Shown: in pieces, positions 6,569 to 12,682 of the stretch | How positions within the stretch are numbered: the stretch's first letter is position 1 | Layout of the letters: the number at the start of each line of letters is the position of its first letter | DNA from: Deltaproteobacteria bacterium | GTDB taxonomy: Bacteria > Desulfobacterota > Binatia > UBA12015 | Assembly: GCA_046583355.1 (NCBI GenBank) | Contig: JAYGCM010000005.1 | Location: 1 to 12,682 of the forward strand | Direction of reading: 5' to 3' | Length of the DNA: 12,682 nucleotides | Notes under the pieces: model-generated | Told to the model about the DNA's origin: nothing | Seen by the model: the letters and a program-made list of their open reading frames with translations, nothing else | Database searches by the model: none | Made by a program: the position numbers and the translations under genes

Positions 6569-6864
6569 CAGCTCGCCCGCCGTAGCCGGCGGCGGAATTC
6601 CCGCGCGCTCAGTCGGAATTTGAAGGCTTTTCGCCCGTTGATCTCGATTACCGGCACTTCATGACCATATTTCTCGACCAGCTGCGGATCGGTATCGATA
6701 TCGACCTTGCGCAGAAAAAATGCAGTATCCGCACGGACTTTTTCGATCTCCAGCAGCGCTTCGTCGCAGAGGCAGCAGTCCTCTCGGCCGTAAACCACAA
6801 CCCGCGGGCCCGATTCTTCGGATTTCTCGTTGCCGATCTCCTGCTTCTCCGTTGACGACGCCAC
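6568..6864 (-). CDS. Glutaredoxin-like protein (DUF836 type)
   Basis: VVVYGREDCCLCDEA (CxxC), VDIDTDPQLVEKYG, cis-Pro VPV and INGR. 98 aa, GTG start. Confidence 0.88.
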   Translation of the reverse strand: MASSTEKQEIGNEKSEESGPRVVVYGREDCCLCDEALLEIEKVRADTAFFLRKVDIDTDPQLVEKYGHEVPVIEINGRKAFKFRLSAREFRRRLRRAS

Positions 6865-6899
6865 GGCCGTTCGCTACCGAAACCCTCTCACGTTTCCAA
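6852..6899. promoter_or_regulatory. Overlapping divergent sigma70-type promoters (rplU operon and glutaredoxin-phosphatase operon)
   Basis: Plus strand: TTGACG (6852-6857), 17 nt, TACCGA (6875-6880). Minus strand: TTGGAA (6899-6894), 17 nt, TAGCGA (6876-6871), 6 nt, GTG (6864). Confidence 0.5.
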
Positions 6900-6917
6900 G
6901 GGAAATCGGTGGAACTC

Positions 6918-7229
6918 ATGGCATACGCGATCATCAGAACTGGCGGCAAGCAATACCGGGTAGAACCGGGCGAAACCATCCGTGTCGAAAAACTCCCCGG
7001 CGAGGTGGGTTCCGACATCGAATTCGACGAGGTGCTCCTGCGCTCGACCGACGACGGGCTCGCCATTGGCGCACCCTTGGTCGAAGACGCGAAGGTAGGC
7101 GGCCGCATCATCGAGCAAGACAAGAGCCGCAAGGTTCTTGTCTTCCACAAGAAGCGTCGTAAAACCTACAAGAAAATTTACGGTCACCGGCAGCCCTATA
7201 CGGCCGTCCGGATCGACTCGGTCGCGTAA
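6918..7229 (+). CDS. rplU: 50S ribosomal protein bL21
   Basis: From ATG 6918: MAYAIIRTGGKQYRV...KKRRKTYKKIYGHRQPYT. Confidence 0.98.
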   Translation: MAYAIIRTGGKQYRVEPGETIRVEKLPGEVGSDIEFDEVLLRSTDDGLAIGAPLVEDAKVGGRIIEQDKSRKVLVFHKKRRKTYKKIYGHRQPYTAVRIDSVA

Positions 7230-7241
7230 GGAGTCCCTCTC

Positions 7242-7502
7242 ATGGCGCATAAAAAAGGACAGGGCAGCACCAGGAATGGTCGCGACTCCAACGGGCAGCG
7301 CCGCGGCGTAAAGCTTTATGCGGGTCAGGCGGCTCGCGCCGGTGCGATCATCGTGCGCCAACTCGGCACGCGTATTCACCCCGGCCGTAACGTCGGCATG
7401 GGCCGCGACTACACGATCTTCGCCAAAGTCGACGGCACGGTTCTTTTCGAACGTGTCGGCCGCGACAAAAAGCGCGTCAGCATCGTTCCGGCCGAGGCCT
7501 AA
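7242..7502 (+). CDS. rpmA: 50S ribosomal protein bL27 (short type, no N-terminal extension)
   Basis: [16 protein letters not shown]...[33 protein letters not shown]. Confidence 0.98.
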   Translation: MAHKKGQGSTRNGRDSNGQRRGVKLYAGQAARAGAIIVRQLGTRIHPGRNVGMGRDYTIFAKVDGTVLFERVGRDKKRVSIVPAEA

Positions 7503-7521
7503 GCGTCTCTCCGTTTGCCGG

Positions 7522-7555
7522 GCCTGACCGCACTTCTGCCTGGCATAGGTCAGGC
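7522..7555 (+). other. Intergenic stem-loop between rpmA and obgE
   Basis: GCCTGACC (7522-7529) and GGTCAGGC (7548-7555) form a perfect 8-bp inverted repeat. No poly-U tail. Confidence 0.45.
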
Positions 7556-7572
7556 GATGGGAAGGAAGCGGG

Positions 7573-8634
7573 ATGAGATTCGTCGACGAAGTTGAGTTCA
7601 TCATAGCCGCCGGCTCCGGTGGCAATGGATGCATCGCTTTCCGGCATGAAAAATACGTCCCCAAAGGCGGCCCCTCGGGCGGCGACGGCGGGCGTGGCGG
7701 AAGCATTCTCCTGCGCGCCGACAACCGCCTCACCACCCTTCTCGACCTGCGCTACCGGCAACGCATAGAAGCGCAACGCGGCGAGCACGGGCGCGGCAAA
7801 GACCAATACGGGCACGCGGGCGCCGATACGACCATCCGCGTCCCGATCGGCACGCTGATCAAAGATGCCAAAACCGGCGAGACGCTCGCCGACCTCAAGG
7901 CCGACGAGCAAGAGGTGCTGATCGCCCGCGGCGGCCGCGGCGGGCTCGGAAATATCCATTTCACGACCTCCACCCGCCAGGCGCCCCGCGAGGCGACCGA
8001 AGGCAAGCCCGGCGAGACGCGGAGCCTCGCCCTCGAGCTGCGATTGTTGGCCGATGTCGGCGTCGTCGGCTTCCCCAATGCCGGCAAATCCTCCTTGGTG
8101 GCGCGCCTCTCGGCCGCCCGACCCAAGATTGCCGACTACCCCTTCACCACGCTTCAGCCCCACCTCGGGGTTGTACGGCTCGACCGCGGCGCTTCGTTCG
8201 TCATCGCCGATGTACCGGGCATTATCGAAGGCGCGCATAAAGGCATTGGTCTCGGCGCGCGTTTTCTGCGCCACCTCTCGCGCACCGGCACGCTCGTTCA
8301 TCTGATCGACCTCGCGGCGCCGGGCGAGCGCGACGCCCTGGAAGACATCGCCACGATTGAAGGCGAGCTGGAAAAATCCGAGGTACCGATCGCCGACAAG
8401 ATCCGGATTCTCGTCGGCAACAAGATCGACCTACCCGAAGCTCGCGAACGCCTGGAGACATTGCGCGAGGAGCTTGCCGCGCAGGGAAAGACGATCCTTG
8501 CGATTTCCACCGCAACGGGAGAGGGTCTGCCGGAGCTGGTTCGCCATATCGCCCAGGAGCTGCGCCGCGCTGCCGAGCAGAGCAAGGCGGCCGAGGATCT
8601 TGCCGAGACCATGCCGCCCAACAATGCCCGCTGA
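7573..8634 (+). CDS. obgE: GTPase ObgE/CgtA
   Basis: MRFVDE, Gly-rich Obg fold (GGPSGGDGGRGG), G1 GFPNAGKS, G2 YPFTT, G3 DVPG and G4 NKID. Confidence 0.98.
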   Translation: MRFVDEVEFIIAAGSGGNGCIAFRHEKYVPKGGPSGGDGGRGGSILLRADNRLTTLLDLRYRQRIEAQRGEHGRGKDQYGHAGADTTIRVPIGTLIKDAKTGETLADLKADEQEVLIARGGRGGLGNIHFTTSTRQAPREATEGKPGETRSLALELRLLADVGVVGFPNAGKSSLVARLSAARPKIADYPFTTLQPHLGVVRLDRGASFVIADVPGIIEGAHKGIGLGARFLRHLSRTGTLVHLIDLAAPGERDALEDIATIEGELEKSEVPIADKIRILVGNKIDLPEARERLETLREELAAQGKTILAISTATGEGLPELVRHIAQELRRAAEQSKAAEDLAETMPPNNAR

Positions 8635-9472
8635 AGAGAAAACCAGCCCCAGCCGCCGGCTGCCCAAGCACCCCAAGCGGGTCGTCATCAAGATCGGCTC
8701 GTCCCTGCTGGCCGACGAAAACGGCCTATTGCGGCCGCAGATCCGGCGGCTCGCGCGCGAGATTGCCGCACTCCGCGAGGCAGGTACCGCCGTCACCCTG
8801 GTCTCCTCGGGCGCCATCGCCGCGGGGCGTTCGCGCATCCCCACCCCCGCTCGTCCGACCATCCCGGAGCGTCAGGCCGCGGCCGCCGTGGGCCAGATCC
8901 ACCTCATGGTCGCCTTTGAGACGGCCTTTGCCCGCTACGATATCCCGGTCGCGCAGATCCTGCTGGACGCCGCGGACCTGGCCGATCGGCATCGTTTTTT
9001 GAATGCGACGCATGCCATCGAGATGCTGCACCGCCACGACGTCCTGCCGATCGTCAACGAGAACGACACGGTCTCGGTCGATGAGCTCAAATTCGGCGAC
9101 AACGACCACCTCTCCGCCATGGTCGCCAGCCTGGTCGGCGCCGACCTTCTGGTCATTCTAAGTGATGTCGACGGGGTCTATTCGGCGCCGCCCGCCACCG
9201 ACCCCGAGGCGCAGCGCATCCCCCTGATTCGCCGTGTCGATGCCCCCCTGCTGGCGCGCACCCGTAGCGGCTCGTCGCGCTTCGGCACCGGCGGCATGGA
9301 GTCCAAGCTGCTGGCCGCCCGCAAGGCCGCCGAGGCGGGCATCCCCACCATCATTGCCGATGGTCGCGCCAAAGGGGCGCTCGCCCGCGCCTTGGACCCC
9401 GCCCAGGACGAGGGTACGCTCGTATTGGCGGCGGCTGGCCGGCGCCCTTCGAAACGACCTCGTCAGCCCTGA
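8624..9472 (+). CDS. proB: Glutamate 5-kinase, short form without PUA domain (282 aa)
   Basis: From ATG 8624, overlapping obgE by 11 nt. Motifs RVVIKIGSS, VSSGAIAAG, QAAAAVGQ, PIVNEND, FGDNDHLSA, LSDVDG and GTGGMESKL. The protein ends shortly after GTLV. Confidence 0.93.
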   Translation: MPAEEKTSPSRRLPKHPKRVVIKIGSSLLADENGLLRPQIRRLAREIAALREAGTAVTLVSSGAIAAGRSRIPTPARPTIPERQAAAAVGQIHLMVAFETAFARYDIPVAQILLDAADLADRHRFLNATHAIEMLHRHDVLPIVNENDTVSVDELKFGDNDHLSAMVASLVGADLLVILSDVDGVYSAPPATDPEAQRIPLIRRVDAPLLARTRSGSSRFGTGGMESKLLAARKAAEAGIPTIIADGRAKGALARALDPAQDEGTLVLAAAGRRPSKRPRQP

Positions 9473-9494
9473 GAAATTGCGAGAGAAACGGACA

Positions 9495-10175
9495 ATGACA
9501 GAGCGCATCGGCATCTATGGCGGCAGCTTCAACCCGGTTCATTTCGGACATTTGCGTTGCGCCGAGGAAGTCCGCGAGCGCTGCGGGCTTGCCTCCATCC
9601 GGCTCGTGCCGGCCCGGATGCCACCGCATAAGGACGCTGCCGGTATCGCCCCGGCCGAACACCGCGTCGCCATGTTGGAGCGCGCCGTCGAGAATACTCC
9701 AGGATTGGAGGTCGATCCGCTCGAACTTTCGCGCGAAGGCCCTTCGTATACGATCGATACCCTGCGTGAGCTGCGGCGCCGCACACCCGAGGCGACCTTC
9801 GCTCTGATCGTCGGCCTGGATACCTTCCGCGAGTTCCATACCTGGAAAGACTACGAGAAAATCTTTGAGGAAGCGGACCTGATCGTTACCTCAAGGCCAC
9901 CCGACGCGGTTGCCGAGGCCGAGAACGTCGTCATCTACGGCCGCCTGCCGATAGCCGTGACCCGGGCATTCTGCTACGATGAGTCCGTCCGGTGCTACAC
10001 TCATCACAGTGGTCATCGACTGGAATTCCTACCAGTGACCGGCCTCGATATTTCGGCGTCTGCCATCCGCGGCGCCCTCGCGCAGGGTCGCAGCGCGCGC
10101 TATCTGCTGCCGCAGAAATCGCTTGCCTACCTGGAGGAGCACAGGCTCTACCAGGGGAAAAGCAGCCCCGAATAG
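9495..10175 (+). CDS. nadD: Nicotinate-nucleotide adenylyltransferase
   Basis: From ATG 9495: IGIYGGSFNPVHFGH, PPHK, SYTIDTL, IVGLD, W..YEKI and ISASAIR. Confidence 0.96.
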   Translation: MTERIGIYGGSFNPVHFGHLRCAEEVRERCGLASIRLVPARMPPHKDAAGIAPAEHRVAMLERAVENTPGLEVDPLELSREGPSYTIDTLRELRRRTPEATFALIVGLDTFREFHTWKDYEKIFEEADLIVTSRPPDAVAEAENVVIYGRLPIAVTRAFCYDESVRCYTHHSGHRLEFLPVTGLDISASAIRGALAQGRSARYLLPQKSLAYLEEHRLYQGKSSPE

Positions 10176-10185
10176 AAACGCATAT

Positions 10186-10614
10186 ATGAACGATCTCCCA
10201 CTCGAAGAAGAAACCGACCTTATCTGGGGCCGCATCCTCATTGCCGCGAACGCGGCAATGGAGAAAAAAGCGACCGCGCCGGTGGTACTCGATCTGCGCA
10301 AGCATACCGCGATGGCCGATTATTTTCTCATCGTGACGGGCCGCTCCGATACCCAGGTCCGCGCCATTGCCGACGGCATCGGGGAGAGCTTGCGCCACGC
10401 CGGGGTCTATCCGCTCGCGGTCGAGGGCGAACGCCACGGCCAATGGGTGCTGCTCGACTACGGCGACTTCGTCGTGCATTCCTTCTATGGCCCAACGCGC
10501 GAGCTCTATGCGTTGGAAACTCTCTGGGCCCGCGCCACCGTGCGCGAGTTGCCTCCCGAAATCCACGACGCCCCGGAACCCGCCGAAGACGCGCCGATCT
10601 GGCCCGAGACCTGA
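10186..10614 (+). CDS. rsfS: Ribosome silencing factor RsfS (Iojap)
   Basis: EKKA..PVVLDLR, ADYFLIVTGRSDTQVRAIA, WVLLDYGDFVVH, RELYALETLW. Canonical position after nadD. Start taken at ATG 10186. Confidence 0.95.
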   Translation: MNDLPLEEETDLIWGRILIAANAAMEKKATAPVVLDLRKHTAMADYFLIVTGRSDTQVRAIADGIGESLRHAGVYPLAVEGERHGQWVLLDYGDFVVHSFYGPTRELYALETLWARATVRELPPEIHDAPEPAEDAPIWPET

Positions 10615-11946
10615 GTGTTCCGCGCCGCTCGAATCGCCCTGCTCATCGCGGCCGTCTGCGGTCTGGTCGCTTGGCTTTTCTACTGGAATAGCCACGAAGT
10701 CACGCTCCATCTCGCCGACGGACAAACGCTCGTCTTCCCGATGGCCGTGCATATCCTGCTCGCGCTTGGCCTCGGCAGCAGCTTGGTCTTGCTTGCCTTT
10801 CTGGCTCGTGGCGCACTCGGCGCCTTCGGCCGAATCGGCCGAAGGCGCCGTGAGCGCAACCAGCGCGCGGCCGACCGCTTACGCGAACAAGGCACACGCC
10901 AGCTCTGGTCGGGCGATCTGCACGCGGCGCGCAAAAGCCTGACGCGTGCCTACCGCCAACGGCCGGCAGACCTGGAAGCTGCACTTGCCTTGGCGCGCGC
11001 ACACGAGGAGCGCGAAGAATGGCAAGACGCCCTCGATGTCCTTGAAGGCATGCGCGCCGCCTACCAGGGAAGTGAGCCGCGCCTGCTCTCGCGGATCGGC
11101 CGCCTGGCGCTGGCGCGCGGCAACCCCGGCGCCGCCATCGATGCCTTCCGCGAGGCCGTGCAGGCCGACCCCGAGAGTCCGCGACTGCTGGCCGAACTAG
11201 CCGTTGCTCTTGCCGCCGAAGGCCAATTCCACGAGGCCGCCGAAACCGCCGGCCGCTGGCTGGCACAGGAAAAAGAAGAGAGCCGCCGCGACTACGCGCG
11301 ACGCGAGTGGTTCTCGCTGCGCTACCGTGCGGCACTTGCCGAAAGCGATGCCAAAACCGCTCGCGACGCATTACAGAAGCTGGTCCGCGAGGCACCGGCC
11401 TTCCTGCCGCCGATTCTCGAACTGGCACGCCTGCTGCTGCAGGACAGCGACGCGAAGGGTGCCGGCAGACTCTACCAGGCCGCCCTGCGGCGCGGCTCAC
11501 GTGGCGTTCTGCTCGAGCGCATCATGGCCTTGCATGCGAGCCTCGGCCACCCCGACAAGGCTCTGCCGCTGCTGCGCCAGGCCGCCAAAGGCAACCCACT
11601 CGCGGCCCCACGCCTGGCGCTGGCGCGGACGCTGGTGGCGAGCGAGCAACTCGCCGAAGCGACCACGCTTCTCGAAGAACTCCGCCAGACCTCAGCCGAG
11701 GCCAGCGGCTTCGACGCCGCACCCGAGCGCGACCTGATCGCGGGTGAACTTGCTGCGGCCAGTGATAACGAGCGCGAGGCGGCCACGTTCTTCCGGCGTG
11801 CGGCCTACGGCAACCACCGCCCCTTCTCGTATACGTGTCGCAGCTGCGCGCGCCTGAGCGATACCTGGAACGATGCCTGCGCCTGCGGCGCCCTCGGCGA
11901 ACTCGAATGGCGCGCCAGCGAAACGAAACTCGCCGACCCGAGCTAG
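10615..11946 (+). CDS. LapA-like membrane domain + TPR repeats + C-terminal rubredoxin-like Cys site (LapA/LapB-like fusion)
   Basis: Two TM helices flank WNSHEVTLHL..FP (LapA/DUF1049-like). Multiple TPR-like helical repeats follow. The C-terminal YTCRSC...W..ACACG resembles the LapB (YciM) metal-binding domain. The GTG start immediately follows the rsfS stop. Confidence 0.72.
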   Translation: MFRAARIALLIAAVCGLVAWLFYWNSHEVTLHLADGQTLVFPMAVHILLALGLGSSLVLLAFLARGALGAFGRIGRRRRERNQRAADRLREQGTRQLWSGDLHAARKSLTRAYRQRPADLEAALALARAHEEREEWQDALDVLEGMRAAYQGSEPRLLSRIGRLALARGNPGAAIDAFREAVQADPESPRLLAELAVALAAEGQFHEAAETAGRWLAQEKEESRRDYARREWFSLRYRAALAESDAKTARDALQKLVREAPAFLPPILELARLLLQDSDAKGAGRLYQAALRRGSRGVLLERIMALHASLGHPDKALPLLRQAAKGNPLAAPRLALARTLVASEQLAEATTLLEELRQTSAEASGFDAAPERDLIAGELAAASDNEREAATFFRRAAYGNHRPFSYTCRSCARLSDTWNDACACGALGELEWRASETKLADPS

Positions 11947-11980
11947 GCCCGAGCCAGGCCCGAGCTAGAAAAGCTCGGGC
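11937..11980. repeat. 3 x 11-bp tandem repeat plus inverted copy at a convergent gene junction
   Basis: CCCGAGCTAGG (11937-11947), CCCGAGCCAGG (11948-11958), CCCGAGCTAGA (11959-11969) and inverted AGCTCGGGC (11972-11980). This gives a 9-bp hairpin between 11958-11966 and 11972-11980. Confidence 0.75.
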
Positions 11981-12681
11981 ACGGCGGCAAAGAGGTGCTC
12001 GTGCAGCGAGCGCAGGCCATCCAGATCGTGAACATCCCGCGAGAGGTTCGGGACGAGGACCACCGGAACCGTCTCGGGTAGGCTGCCGCAGAATAACTCG
12101 ATGCGGAGCGCATCGCCGCGCGCACGGGCGCGCCAGCCCTCACGCAAGGCGCGGAGATTGTCCACCAACTCCGAGCGTTCGACCTCGTCGGGCAGCGCCG
12201 CTGCCGCCGCAAGGGCGCCTAGCGCCGCCGGCAGGGAGGCCGGGTCGTGGTCGCCGCCGGCATCGCCGCCCGGCAGGCGATGCACGCGGTTCATCACGAC
12301 ACCCTTGAGCGGCATCCCCTTCTCCTCCATCCGGGCCTGCAGATACTCCGCCTGCCCCAGCACCTGCTCATCCGGCCCGGCCACCAGAACGAAGGCCGTC
12401 TCGGGGGCTCGCAGCAGGCGCGTTACGCGTTCGACCCGCGCCTCGAAGCCATCGAAAAGCTCCCCCATGCCGGAGAAAAACTCGCTGATCTGCGAAAGCA
12501 CGCCAACCCCGGTTGCGTCCTCGATTTTGTCCAGGACAAAGCGCACGCTTCGATTCATCGATTGAAAAACCGACCAACTACCCGCGACTCCGGGCAGGAA
12601 CCATTTCACCACCTGCTTGTCGAGAAAGGCCAGGAGTTTGTCGGGCGCATCGAGGAAATCGAGCGCATGTTGTGTCGGCGG
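11965..12681 (-). CDS. ArsA/Get3-family ATPase (Rv3679/Rv3680-like), 3' part; 5' end outside the window
   Basis: The frame is open to the window edge and reads PPTQHALDFLDAPDKLLAFLDKQVVKWF, the switch-II DTPPT..ALDFLDAP signature. It also has TAFVLVAGP, GVVMNRVH and VPNLSRDVHDLDGL. Confidence 0.88.
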   Translation of the reverse strand, partial: PPTQHALDFLDAPDKLLAFLDKQVVKWFLPGVAGSWSVFQSMNRSVRFVLDKIEDATGVGVLSQISEFFSGMGELFDGFEARVERVTRLLRAPETAFVLVAGPDEQVLGQAEYLQARMEEKGMPLKGVVMNRVHRLPGGDAGGDHDPASLPAALGALAAAAALPDEVERSELVDNLRALREGWRARARGDALRIELFCGSLPETVPVVLVPNLSRDVHDLDGLRSLHEHLFAAVPELF

Positions 12682-12682
12682 C

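Noticed and set aside
8357..10185. Extended ORF-track starts for proB (8357), nadD (9234) and rsfS (10123); likewise rplU (6720) and SRPBCC (1829)
   Set aside because: The extensions overlap upstream genes or promoters and lack family similarity. The downstream ATGs match the family N-termini.
11937..11969. Tandem repeat as a CRISPR array or IS end
   Set aside because: The 11-bp units have no spacers, and there is no cas or transposase gene in the window.

Overview
GC-rich bacterial chromosomal window. The gene content suggests a deltaproteobacteria-like lineage such as Binatota or Myxococcota (inference). Left end, minus strand: the start of a urea/short-chain-amide uptake operon, with an FmdC-like porin followed by the 5' part of urtA, which the ORF track missed. 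It is driven by a well-formed sigma54 promoter with two upstream NtrC-type sites. Next come a membrane-anchored SRPBCC protein and a 3-hydroxyisobutyrate-dehydrogenase-family gene, then yebC. Divergent from yebC is an unusual gene that looks like a catalytically dead radical-SAM fold fused to a STAS domain, probably on a leaderless mRNA. A coupled glutaredoxin-like/App1-type HAD phosphatase pair follows, then the housekeeping operon rplU-rpmA-obgE-proB-nadD-rsfS plus a LapA/LapB-like fusion. proB lacks its PUA domain and proA is absent from the window. The window ends in the 3' part of an ArsA/Get3-family ATPase. No mobile element, CRISPR array, tRNA or rRNA was seen. The best novelty candidate is the pseudo-radical-SAM-STAS protein (4343-5491). 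Several RNA-structure and promoter features also merit checking. All family calls come from motif recognition by eye, not database searches.
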